DNA of 64,000 nt, from contig NC_082731.1 of assembly GCF_030144855.1 (NCBI RefSeq), positions 20,832,001 through 20,896,000 on the forward strand. Reading direction: 5' to 3'. The notes under the pieces were generated by a model. The model was not told the DNA's origin. It made no database searches and was given only the letters and a program-made list of their open reading frames with translations. Shown piece after piece: positions 1 through 11,649 of the stretch. Origin of the DNA: Hypanus sabinus. Its lineage: Eukaryota. Every line of letters begins with the position of its first letter. The stretch's first letter is position 1. A program made the translations under genes and the position numbers.

Positions 1-576
1 AATGACAACTTCCCAAATGAAATACGGCATTCATAGTGAATATAACTCAGTCGGGAAGAGAATAAGCTCCCTCGATTTAGAATTAATTATTTATTTTTCA
101 TCTAAATGCTCTAGATTTTTATTTCTTTCTCTGCTGTTTTCTCTTTCTCTTTTTTTTAAATTACAATATCTATCGATCCGCTGGAAAATGTCCAGGTAAA
201 TTTTGAGTAAACTGTTAATGCAATGATGCAGCTTTGATCTACCAAGTAGACATTGCTGTTGTTTTTTTTTCCCCCAGGCGTCCAATAGGCAGCGTGTATG
301 AATTATAGATAGTGGCCAGCATTTTTTGGTTTCATACTCTAAGCTTACCTTTCAGGTTGAATAAATAGTATATCAATAAATATCTGAGAACAAACAAAAA
401 TAACTAACCTACTGAATAAGTAGCATAAATTGATAAATAAATAAACACATTAACGGATTCGAGGTACATGAATAAATAGATTGTTTAAATAAATAAATGA
501 ATTATTGAGGAAATAGATAGATAGCTCTGTAGATAAAGAGATAAGGATAAATCAGCAAGCAGGCAAATAAACAAGT

Positions 577-1047
577 AAGTTTTGACGTTTAAAACAATTC
601 ACCAGATACTGTGTCTCATGATTCACTGCATGACTCAACTACCCTCAGAGGGTGAGACTATTCTGGAACATTCCGAGGCGTTACTGAATTGAGAAGTTAC
701 TCACACTTCCAGTCAGTCGGGCTTTACTGTTCAAACATTTGTACCGGCTGGACCATCACTCTCCTTCCGAATAATATTGTGTAGCTGGTACTTGTGGTCC
801 ATGACTAATTTCTTTCAAATGATCTTTCAAAACATAATGTTCTCATTGCATTCTTCTGTTCATATTATGAAATCTGTATTCAGTATTTAAGACGTGCAGA
901 AATATAAAATTTGGGATCGAAAAGGAAAATTGAAACCAACAAACATTTAGTAAACTTATCCGTTTCCTGCTGTTAACAGATTCGCGACGCATGACTTGGA
1001 GTGCCGCGAGCGTAACGGAAGAATTGCTCAACTAAGTTGCAATCCAT
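577..1047 (-). pseudogene. Fossil V 'A', copy 1 (leader, V exon and RSS remnant)
   Basis: Leader ATGGATTGC (MDC...). W-Y-x-Q-Y-P-like TGGACCACAAGTACCAG, then IIRK. Ends ATGAGA + CACAGTA (607-613) + ~21 nt + TCAAAACTT. Confidence 0.7.
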
Positions 1048-1614
1048 TTATGCTTCTGAACACACTTACCCACCTACACTTTCACTATGAACACTATGAA
1101 ATCAATTCAAATATGGCAAAACAGAGGACGTGTAATCGGATATGTTATTGCAGTGAATGATTGCTTTACCTTTTCACACGGAAAAGATTAACGATTAGAG
1201 GCATTTTTGAAGCAGCTTCCGGCATGCATTGTAATCAGTTTCATCGGTTCTGTAAAAATACAAATAGGTGGGGATTTAATTGAATTTATCTGTCATCCAT
1301 TTGCGTTGGATAAATTGTTTAAGAATAGAAATTCATCCTGACTTCTCACCGAGTATTTAATTTGCAGCGTATGCCCATTCTTATTTATTTACTTATTTCC
1401 TTATTGGTTGCTTGATACTTATAAATTTCTTGAACTACAATGAGGGATTTACCCTTTTTGCTCTTCAAGGTTCGCAGTCTGGCATTCATCGGATTTAATC
1501 CTAGCCATATTAAGTTATTATTTACAATAAGGAATCAGCCTATCAAAGCATACCAGACCTTCAGCTGTTGGAGGAAACCATGCGCCCGAAATAAATGCCA
1601 CGTGGTCCGGGGAG

Positions 1615-2165
1615 AAAGACAGACGGATAGACAGACATATTTTATGGATCCCAAAGGTTTCGTTACAGTCGCTCCAACCAAGAATAATTTAGAAAAATAG
1701 CAATATAAAACCGTAAATAATTAAATAATAATAAGTAAATTATTCCAAGTGGAAATACGTCCAGGACCAGCCTGTTGGCTCAGGGTGTCTGACACTCCGA
1801 GGTATGAGTTTTAATGTTTGATGGCCACAGGCAGGAATGACTTCCTATGCCGCTCAGTGTTATATCTCTGTGGAATGAGTCTCTGGCTGAACCTTCTCCT
1901 GTGCCTAACCAGTCCATTACGGCGTGGATGGGAGACATTGTCCAAGATGACATGCAACTCTGACAGCATTCTGTTTTCAGACACCACCGTCAGAGAGGCC
2001 AGTTCCACACCCACAACATCACTGGCCTTACGAATGAGCTTGTTGATTCTGTTGGTGTCTAATACCCTCAACCTGCTGCCCCAGCACACAACAGCAACCA
2101 TGGTAGCACTCTCTTCACAGGCAGCGGTGGTATTTGAATACGGACCATAGGTACAGTAGATCATT
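1615..2165 (-). mobile_element. Rex1/Babar-type LINE 3' fragment (copy 1 specific)
   Basis: VVCWGSRLRVLDTNRINKLIRKA...TERHRKSFLPVAIK and GACA-repeat tail. Confidence 0.75.
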
Positions 2166-2229
2166 GTGCTAACAAGTATGCCACTATATAGCTGTTTCAC
2201 CTCTCCCTTTTTTATGATCCTCGTGACAA

Positions 2230-2520
2230 CCAAAATCTTTTCCAAAACTATTTCGGCTGCTCTACATTCAGCACTCAGTATATTACTTTAGGAGTTTATA
2301 ACGGATTTCCGGGCTATCGACACTGCAGTAATTTCAAGCGGGTTCGGGATATTTCTCCCAATATAAGATTCCTCCACGCGAAAACGTGCACCGGGCTTGG
2401 TCGTTATTGGGTTTCGAAATCATATCTTTCGTAACTAACAATCGTTCACGCATTCGACCAGTTTATTGCCATTTGACGCCAGCAGCGTAAGTTTCCGTAA
2501 TGTATCAAGCAAATTTGTTG
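2230..2520 (+). pseudogene. Fossil V 'B', copy 1 (paralogs ~19030-19310, ~36160-36460, ~54240-54520)
   Basis: (T)GG-TATCGACA resembles WYR(Q/H). CTAACAATCGTTCAC reads LTIVH. TCGACCAGTTTATTGC resembles a collapsed DSAVYYC. Weak RSS remnant. Confidence 0.45.
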
Positions 2521-2739
2521 TTCCAACAGTTTTCGTAGCAGGCTGCTAGATGTTCGTACCTTTTTATTTGCAAGTTTAGGCTGTAAACCCCAGAAATTAC
2601 ACTTACTCCTCCGAACAAACAGTTATAGAGCAAATGTACATGGCGTTAATCGTGATCATATTGCAGTTACACAAGTGCGTATCCTGCGTAGGTACCCACG
2701 ATGATCCTACAATAAGGAATGAAATATCTTTCAGTTGCT

Positions 2740-3090
2740 GGTAGTTACGGCGCAGATTCTTCTATTGGCGGTTTATTATTATGTTTATATTTTTAAGTGG
2801 AATGTATGAGCAACCTGTTCAACGAATATAGTTTAATTTTTACTTCAACACTTTTAATCATTTGCTTGAACCGCTCAGTTTCTATAGCAACACTAATAGA
2901 CAGTATGGACCTTTAGCGATATATATGAAGTTACGTAGATTAGGGCAATAGGACAGGAAGCTCTGTAATTTGTAAGAAATAAGCTGAAAATAGATTCTGT
3001 TGGTTCCCAGTTTTCTTCACATAATAGTCGGCATTGCAGCCTCATTCTCTGTGTACTGAAAGACATTCGTCTGATGTATATTTCCCGCAT
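2740..3090 (-). pseudogene. Fossil V 'C', copy 1 (paralogs ~19560-19970, ~36700-37140, ~54770-55210)
   Basis: FR1 FTQS..SVSTQ..(I)KLKC in copy 3; ETERF and EQVAHTFHLKI in copy 1; TACTGTGCCGCG (YCAA) in copy 2. Confidence 0.55.
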
Positions 3091-3524
3091 TCGCACATCT
3101 AATGGAGCTGCAATAGTTCAGATAAGCAAAATGAAACAAACAGAAGACTGAATCTCACTTTTTAGTCCTAGGAAGTATCAGCCAGTCGTTGAAAGGGAAT
3201 GCGATCATTTAAGGTTTTCCAAACTCGCTCTGAGGAACTGAGCAGTTCAGGTCTGCAATTTGCATTTTCTTTACAACCATACCTCCGTCTGCCAACTGTA
3301 AACCAAAATTACTTTCGATATTTTTGCTTGGCTTCTCAGTGAGCACAACTGAGAAACTTACGGGAGAAACAAGGAGGAATTCCTCAGCGACATATAGTAT
3401 GATTACTTAAAGTGTAGTATTAGCATATGTAGCCTTCACATCTATCGGGTTATCTCAACTTTAAGGCCTGGCTTTTGTTAGGGATAAGAAGCGTCAACCT
3501 CAAAGCACTTTGTTGACATTGTGT

Positions 3525-3665
3525 CGTTTTTGGCTGCCTCGCTTCCTATCCTCCCATACTGCATCGCAACAAAGAGCGTCATTTTACACTGGGCAGCATG
3601 AATAAAACTTGTCATTTTCCACATCGCTACAGAACCTTGATGACAACAGTTACATTCTGTCGGAA
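3525..3665 (-). pseudogene. Fossil V 'D', 3' remnant abutting the Gypsy element (paralogs ~20915-21050, ~37580-37720, ~55650-55760)
   Basis: FIHAAQ..T..F(C)ALM-like end, with nonamer-like CCAAAAACG in copy 1. Confidence 0.35.
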
Positions 3666-3669
3666 TGTT

Positions 3670-5253
3670 AATTTGAATTGTCAGTTTTCAAAGTTAAGGT
3701 GTTAAGTCCGCCAACACTGTTGGGCACATAGTCTCTTGATAGGGAGTCACTACTATCTATCTGAGATGGAGGCGTTAACCATCTACCCAAGCCCAGGACT
3801 GTGAACGCCCTGCATGCGTTCCTTGGATTCTGCGGATGGTATCGCGTTTCTTGAAGAACTACTCGAAAGAGAGTCACCCGGTAAATCAGCTTCGGTACGG
3901 TTACCCTCTATCGGGGACAAAACGAAGGATGGTGAAAGGAGAGGGCAGTAATTATTATCTTAGCCCTTCTGAAGCTTTTGGAACGAGATGGGATTCGAAT
4001 TATGAAAGGATTGCAAGATATGCTTGTTGACCCAGAGCCTGACTTGGACTTGGGAGGGCTTTATAAGAGGGCTTCGCGGCGACGTGGGGAGACTGAAGTT
4101 GCAGCAGAAAGGAACGCTTCGATGCTCCTCTAAAATGGGATATGGTCCAGAAGGAGGTGGAAATGAGAGTGGGTTCTATGATTCCTTATGAAAAAAAAAT
4201 AATAATTGAAGGAGAATGTCGGCACTCGCCGGGGCAGTTGAAATGGTGTGCACCAGCAGCAGAGAGTGAGGTCCGCAGCTGCACCATACACTCGAGCTGG
4301 GCTATGATGGACTCTCAGATAGTCTGGCCCACGTAACCCCGGGGAAACAGAGTGTTACGACTATCCTCCTAGTGAGATATGGCAGTGCATTTACAAATGT
4401 GTTAGAGATTCTGACCGTTTTCAAAATTGCTTTGAAAACTGTGTTATTAATGATGGAATGAAAAATTATTTCGAAGACATGAAGTCTTGACTATTTTGGT
4501 ACGGGGTAGTGTTATTCCCTGAGCCATTTTCTTAACTATTATGCTGTATTTATTTCATTTAACAGTTCTGCAAGAACAATCTGATCGGTTTTCGGCCTGT
4601 TTCTGTTATTGCTGAAGATAAGGAATAAAGAGAAAGGTGGTTCATCAAATTAGTATTATAAAACTGAGGGGAAGATTGTCTGGTGAGGGACACTGACGTT
4701 GGAGCTTTGGTTCGGCGGGAGATGAAGAGAGAAGACGCTGAAAAGTACAGTTCGTACGTCTCCAGCCACTGCGGGACGTGATTCGATGAATACCGGATTG
4801 ATGATCGATTGAGGATAGGTGAATACTTTGAAAAGCTGAACTCCAAATTGTGTACATTTGGCAGTTTAATTAAAATGGGCCCATTTCTTATTTTTTCTAA
4901 AACTTTAGTTAATTTTAATTTTTTTATATATATAACTCCTTCTATCGTTCACCGGGTACTGTCTGTCACTTTGGTGACACTGTTTAGTAACCGTGCAGCA
5001 AATTGCACAACATCCTCACAGACCTGTCTATGGCATTGGAGTCCCGTCTCCATATTACGAGTTTGACAAGACCGGTGAGAGTCTTCTCTGCACTTACCCA
5101 GGGAAGGAAACCATAAGGTTTTATCTGTGTTCAGCCTCAAGCTGTCTAACACAAAACAACAGAAAAAAACCCAAAACAAAACAAATATCCCAGTAAGCAA
5201 CACTTTCGAAAAATGAATCTTATCGAGTGTGATGTAGTGTTCACACCCAAACA
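3670..5253 (+). mobile_element. Degenerate Gypsy element: RT/RNase H fragment plus 3' LTR (4510-5253)
   Basis: GHIVS...ALHAFLGFCG; GGGGTAG PPT-like sequence followed by TGT...ACA. Confidence 0.75.
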
Positions 5254-5639
5254 TGCTAAATCTGCGTCACTTACACAAACATTGTAAGCAGAATCGTGAA
5301 TTGGAAAATGCGAGCAGAACATGATTAAAAATTAAACTGACCTAATAATAGCTTGGACAGGAACGCTAAATGCACATGACCATTCGACATATCGCACCCT
5401 GTGACAGATTGGACCACGGTTTTATTTTCTTTTTTATAAATCTACGTGACACATTGAGTACTGGATTAGAGAATTCGTTATTACAAAATCATAGGAATTC
5501 TATCATGAAATTCGTTCTGACTGCTATGCCAATATTCGGAATTACGTTTTATCACTGTTTATCGAACATCCATTCAAGATTTCAGTTTCCATATTTGCAA
5601 CGAAATGTAATTTGAACGATATGTTATTGCTCGCTGGTT

Positions 5640-6050
5640 TCAGGTCCACCTCGATTCAGGATTAACACCACCCTCGGTGCAATATCCTATGTGTAAAATT
5701 ATATATCACTTGAACTGTTCGAGATTTCTCCCCTCACACTAAACAGCAGCATAAAGAAGCCTTCAATGGGGAAAAAATGCCTCCGCGTTCGATCATGTGT
5801 ATGCAGTTTATATTTTACATAAACCTCCACCTCTTCTGCCTCTTTCATCGAATGTATTGTAATGCCCGGGGCTATGAAATCGCTATTTTGAAAATCCGAT
5901 CTCCACTTCAAGAGTATCCAGTTAATGGCTTTTGCATTGTATTTCTAACTGCCATATCTGTGCTTTAGTAGGATGACCAGAACTGTCGTTATATTTACGG
6001 TCTTTCACGACAATAACCTATTGTACGTCGAACTGGAAATTTCATGTTCA
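5640..6050 (-). pseudogene. Fossil V with VH-like FR2, copy 1
   Basis: IH(S)MKEA with TCG at the Trp41 position, then IEGF..FSVRGEISNSS and ACATAGGATATTGCA (T-E-D-x-A-like). Confidence 0.45.
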
Positions 6051-6544
6051 GAATTTGGTTAACGTAATTACTATTTGTGTTGCTTTTACTGTTCTTTACC
6101 GCAACATCATTCACCGGCTACGTATATCGGAATTTGTTAGTGTTAATTCCTCACAATCCATAACCTTCATTCACTATATGTGAGCACCACGTGAAAGCAA
6201 ATATTGATTAGATTTTCTTGTTTGTGACTGTAATTGAAGACCAACAACTAGTGAAAAATAATGAAACAAACGCAGATTATATTAAAAGTAGTCTGAGAGC
6301 ATATACGAAAATATCGAAAGAAAGGAGTGTCGAGGATTTCATCTATAGTCGCAATTTATTGTAACTTATTTCGTTTCAAATTGTTAATGCCTTGATTGCC
6401 TTGATTAATGTAGTTTTGAGGTTGGTCTGAACTCAGTACTTGCGACTGCTTTGCATTATTATGCCAAATATTGCTTATGACTACTATCCGTAGACATTTC
6501 TGGGTGAAATTGCGCAAAAAAACATGCGTGCGAAAAGGTGCAGT

Positions 6545-7700
6545 TTGGTTATTCTTTACGAATAACCTCTTCTCGGGTTACCAGTCGGGTTCAGGCGTCA
6601 AATGTTACCGACATTTCCCGGGTAAACTCAGCCAGCATCATCAAGGATGGGGATGTCCAATCATGTGTATGTCTAGTCCCATGATATTTATACCTCCGTC
6701 GACCAATCTTGTGATTGGTCATTCCTCGTGTAATCAGACTTCACCTGCTACACCTTGTTCAGAAGAGAATGAAACTTGTTATTTGTTGCAGAACTGCCTT
6801 TGTTAGAATACTTTTCTTTGAGGTTCTGTTTCAATTATTTCATCCCTAAAACCCCTAAAGTCCCTAAAGCCATCGGCGCGGTACAGTAACTTTCTGTTGT
6901 CAAAGTCAATTCCATGGTCATTGCGAAAGCAATATTCTACTACAGACGATTTACCCGGGTAACCCAAAAGAGTACAGCTCATGTGCTCCTTAATAATATT
7001 TTGGACTCGGAGAGTCTCCACGATAAAATAAGGCGATTGAACTCTACGTACTACCGAATGGCTACAACGTGAAAGGACCAACAGATAAAGTGGGAAACGA
7101 GGAGGATCCCGTCGTGACCGTCTTTCTTCCCTATATTTCCACGTTTCCTGACGGATTACAATGATTTTAAGATATTCGGATTGATAGCATCCAGAAACTG
7201 TAAGGAAGCTCAGATCACAACTAATGCGGTTCAACTATTACGTGGGATTCCGTTATGCTGGTGTTTAAAGGATTCCTGAGAATGTGGACCAACATATATA
7301 TGGCAGAAGAGACGCACGGTAGAAATCCGCGTCAAGGAACAGATTCGTTTGCAATAGCTGAAAATATCGTCGCTATTGAAATATTGCATTCCCAATGGCC
7401 ATAGGTTTGACTTCGATGGTAGAAAACTATTTTGCCGCCCAATGACTTTTGGGACAGCCCGGCGAATGAAGCCTTTGAAGTGAAGTGAGAGAAGCAGAAT
7501 TTTAAAAGAAGACGAAGCCCTCTCTAAAACTAAAAATAAGACGACTATACACAGCTCTGGACAGTGGAACCCTGATTGGATGAAGACTACCACTTATGGG
7601 GGTGAACAACAGGTGTGTACATCCCACAAGACTAGACACGTCGCCGTATTATCTTTGTATAAGATGGCAGAGTCTGTCATCCAAACGTTGCTGAACTTCT
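6545..7700. mobile_element. Penelope-like element: inverted pair of GIY-YIG 3' ends (minus ~6545-7020, plus ~7030-7700)
   Basis: IKEH..LGYPGKSSVVEYC..HGIDFD on minus; VRKLRSQLMR..RVKEQ..GHRFDFD on plus; decayed hammerhead-like motifs at both outer ends. Confidence 0.8.
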
Positions 7701-8089
7701 TTGTTGAGAAGCCAGACCATTTGGTTTTTCACGTCCCTCTATTCTGAGACAACGCCTTAATCTCCCTCACCAACAAATGTTGATCATATCTTCTTTACAT
7801 CAACTCTATTGATACCTTTCACCATTTTATGTTGTTCTGAGAAATCCCACCCTCACAATTCTTCCAAAATGCAGCGTATACTGGCACATCAGCTTCAAAT
7901 ACTATGTGCCTCCACGATGTGTTCGAAATTTACACGCAAAACTCCAAATACGGTGTTCCCACCTTGGAACGGCTCTCAGGAAGAGGGCTTTGAATACCAA
8001 ACCGACCTTGGATCGGGGACATACAGTACCTTCATAAGCTTGGCACTGTGACCTGAACGACTTCTATCCAGAGCTGTTGATCAATACAG

Positions 8090-8690
8090 TGATAAATCTG
8101 CCCTGGACACGATCCCTCATCTCTCAGATCGTCGTCTAGAAAATAGAGTAAATAAGAGTATGCTGAGCAGATCCAAAGGATTGTTAGGAAAGCTACAGTT
8201 TCGTTGGGCTCCGGCAGTCACAGCATGGAGTTCAAGACTTCCGAGGTAATCTCTCTGCTTCATAAAACCCTAGTTAGATCACACATGGAATATTGATCCG
8301 CTCTGATCGCCTGTTTTTCGGAAGAATGTAAGGAAGTTAGAGATGGCTTGGATTAGATTTACTGGGATATGACCTTGCTAAGTCAGTTCTCTGTCAAAGA
8401 AAACATGGACAATCAAAGTCCTTTCGATTTGAAGTGAACGAGGCGGTGAATTGATGGAGTTTTACAAAATGCCAAATACATGAATCGAATGGGTCGTCAA
8501 AGATTTGTTCTTAGGGCGGTCAGATAGAAAACGAGTTCTGTTCACGGAGGCTAGTGGGTGCGAAGAAGTATCAGTCAGTTGTTATGGTAGCGACAGATAT
8601 ACTGCGGCAACTATGAAATTCTTAGTTAACCAGATGTATGAAAGGAAATAAATGGAGGGAGATGTGGGATACAAAGTTTAATTTAATCTT
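8090..8690 (+). mobile_element. Degenerate CR1 LINE 3' fragment
   Basis: CATAAAACCCTAGTTAGATCACACATGGAATATTG like LYKTLVRPHLEYC. Confidence 0.65.
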
Positions 8691-8804
8691 AGAGTCGGTG
8701 ATGTATACCGCACAGATTTTGGGCGTAATACCAACATTGTTCTGCAATGTTCTGTTCTATGCAGGCTATTGGCGATGCTAGCATGCAATATCCTTTTACA
8801 GCAA

Positions 8805-8905
8805 AAGACAGAGAGAGAGAGAGCAAGAGCGAGAGAGGGAGCGAGATAGAGAGTGGGAGAGAGGAGAGAGAGGGAAAGCGGTGGTGGTGTGATGGTGTGG
8901 GGGGT
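8805..8905 (+). repeat. GA-rich microsatellite (paralogs 39205-39332 and 61508-61700)
   Basis: Same cassette position in three copies. Confidence 0.9.
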
Positions 8906-9084
8906 GTGCAGACTATTTTTCACATGGTCCATGCACACTTACTGCTGAACAAATGTTAGGAATATTATAGTTGTATGGTATATGTCAGTCTAATCATTAG
9001 ACTTTTCAAAACACTCCACCAATACCAACATCCAACGTCTGACTGCAGAAAAGAGACGCATTTTATTGGCAATAGTAAACACAA

Positions 9085-9872
9085 TGTACACTGTAGATGC
9101 TGTGGTTAAATCAACACGTACAAAAAATGCTGGATGAACTCAGCCGGTCGGGCAGTATCCGTTGAAAGAAGCAGTCAACATCGAGACCCTTCGTCGGGAC
9201 TAAAGAAGGAGCGGGCAGGGGCCCTATAAAGAAGGGAGGAGGGTGGAAAACCAATCAGAGGGAAGATCAAGGGGTGGGTGAGGGGAAGCAGGGCGGGGAT
9301 AGGCAGGAGAGGTGAAGAAGGAATCTAAGCGGAAAGCACTATGGGTAGTAGTAGGAGACAGAGTCATGAGAGGTGATAGGCAGCTAGAAGAGGAGACAGA
9401 GTGATGGTGGGATGGGAAAGGAAGAGGGAGGGGATTACCGGAACTTGGAGAATTCAATGTACATACCAAGGGGCTGGACACTACCTAGACGGTATATGAG
9501 ATTTTGTTCCTCCAACCGAAGTATGGTCTCATCATGGGAATAGAGGACGCCATGTATGGACATATCCGAATGGGAATGTGAAGGAGAGGCGATGTGAATT
9601 GTCCACACGCCCCTCCCCACAGATCTCCCACCTGGCTCTTATCCCTGCAATCGTAACTGCTACACCTCATGTCATACCACTATTCAGGGGCCCAAACAGA
9701 CCTTCCAGGTGAGCAAATACTTCATTTGTGAGTCTTTTGTATCCGGTGCTCCCGGTGCGGCCTCCTCTACATCGGCGAGCCCCGACACAGATTGGGGGAC
9801 CGCTTCCTCGAGCAACTACGCTCCGTCCGCAATAACAGACAGGATCGTCCAGTTGCCACTCACTTCAAATCT
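9085..9872. mobile_element. Penelope-like (GIY-YIG) insertion with 5' inversion
   Basis: Minus ~9085-9600 carries the C-terminus (SHSHSDMSIHG...LEEQNLIYRLGS) and tail. Plus ~9600-9872 carries the preceding part (CGLLYIGE...ATHF). Confidence 0.8.
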
Positions 9873-10200
9873 CCTTCGCCAAGGAAAAGGACAGTTCTTT
9901 ATGTCTTATTTATTTACTTTGTCGAAATTTCTTCGGAGAAGGAATACTTTGACTAGGATCAGCAGTAACGTCACGTCTTCGAGGAATTCGTTACTTCAGG
10001 AAAGTTTCTCCTAATTGTCAGGATAATTCATTTGGACTTTCGCATTTATCGCTTTAAGAACTGCTAGAGTTGCTGTATAACGTTTAACTTCCGGTTAAGT
10101 TAGCCGATTGTTACTTTTCACTTGTTGTTAAGCTAAGTTTAAATAAAAGTTTCTTCGGTATATATATATAAACTGTCTCAGTTCTATAATCATTGCTGCC
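9873..10200 (+). mobile_element. Partial LTR-like sequence, same family as 53740-54219
   Basis: Shared AGTAACGTCACGT...TTAACTTCCGGTTAAGTT...GTTTAAATAA. Confidence 0.55.
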
Positions 10201-10336
10201 GGATCTTAAGACTTCAAACTTTGAAATTTCAGCTCTACTGCCTGTTGTCCTCCGACAAATTTTGAAGCATACTCGTTGTATGTGGATGACTTATCTTTAC
10301 ACTGTGGACAAACGAACCACATCGAGGAACTTTATA

Positions 10337-10767
10337 ATGCAGGTGCATTCTTCACAACTTATGTCACTCTCTAGTAATCTCTCCACAAATGGACATGATT
10401 AAAATCGTCATATGTGTTTCTTCAAAGAACAATGTTCACTGTATTGGCGTTGTAGTTTTTGCTGTTGCTGTTGTTGTCCAGGGAGATTGAAAACTCCTGG
10501 ACACTTGCGTGATCATCCAATCGGAATGGTCGAGTGACATTCCCTTCAGTGTCTATTTATAAAACTTACCTTATCTGCTACTGCAAAATAAAAGTTGCGT
10601 GCACAGAGCGACTACATAATTAGTGGATTTACCGCTTTCACTTCAAAGACACCGGAAACGCTATCCACGAAAATATGAACACCATGCGCTCAAGAAGATC
10701 AGCCATTTATGATCACTGCATTGTGCGTCACGATGGGCTGTCCACCTTTGAAATTGTAATGGAGACC
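10337..10767 (+). pseudogene. Fossil V 'E', copy 1, with a recognisable 23-RSS
   Basis: Acceptor at 10481. QC..TYLI(W>C)Y, DYIISGFT, QED(S)AIY-HCIVR. CACGATG 10729-10735 + 23 nt + ATGGAGACC. Confidence 0.7.
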
Positions 10768-11119
10768 TGGCAATAACCGACGATGGAAATTATTGGAAGC
10801 AGATGAATCTACTGGTTATCTGGTTCAGACTCCACTATCTGTTAAATGCACTGATTAAAATAGTGGCATCTTATGCAACGACTGCCACTGTTACTTCAAT
10901 GAAACAAGTCACCGTCACATCATCAACAGTAACATTCATATATTCGTGTTTCAAGGATAGTCAGAAAATTTTTGTAAATTACATTCTTGTCGAGTTTAGT
11001 AGAATATGTATTGGTGGATGAAAAGCGGTACTTTATGGCGTTTCTTTTTGCTTCCAATTTTTTAGTCAGAATTCACTGATGGAAAAGAAATGCAGAAAAT
11101 GCACTTTCACCTTCCTGTG

Positions 11120-11450
11120 TTCTACCTCGTGGATCAATTGCATATAACCACATTAGATATTAGCTCAATAAAAATGCTCAGAGAAGGTGAAACTTCCATG
11201 AGGTGTGAGCGCAACGGCTACGAAGTTCAAACCTATGCGGTTCTGTCACTTTACATAGGGGTGGGAATTACAAAAACCTTCTCAATAATGACTGGATTAG
11301 ACGAGGAGGCTTTTATTGAATGGGAGACTGTGACAACCATCTGCTTATTAACTGAGACATACAAAGTGAACTGAAGTGATAGAAATTTAAGAGATATATT
11401 AACATTCTGCCCAAATAATGAACTGTATTAATTTTGCACAATTAGAAAAG
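11120..11450 (+). pseudogene. Fossil V 'F', copy 1 (paralog ~47420-47750)
   Basis: MLREGETSMRCERNGYEVQTYAV; copy 3 keeps the Trp (AVW). Ends TATTAATTTTGCACAATTAGA in copy 1 and YLC..MR in copy 3. Confidence 0.55.
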
Positions 11451-11649
11451 GCTAGGTTTTTAACTTTTATTTTCTGGATTGGAATGAGAAAGTTTATTTT
11501 ATCTGCGGTTATTTTCCCAGTAACAAAAACAAAGCAGCTTTCCAGCACGAAGTTCTTCATTCAAGATAAAAGCTGCTTGTTGTATAATTCTCGAATTCAG
11601 CAAAATGGAATGTACCGACAATAGAGTTATTTGCTAGCCGAATGTGTAT

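Noticed and set aside
4510-5253. LINE ORF1-like reading of the minus-strand ORFs
   Set aside because: Better explained as a Gypsy 3' LTR: it follows the Gypsy internal region and a PPT, and has TG...CA ends in two copies
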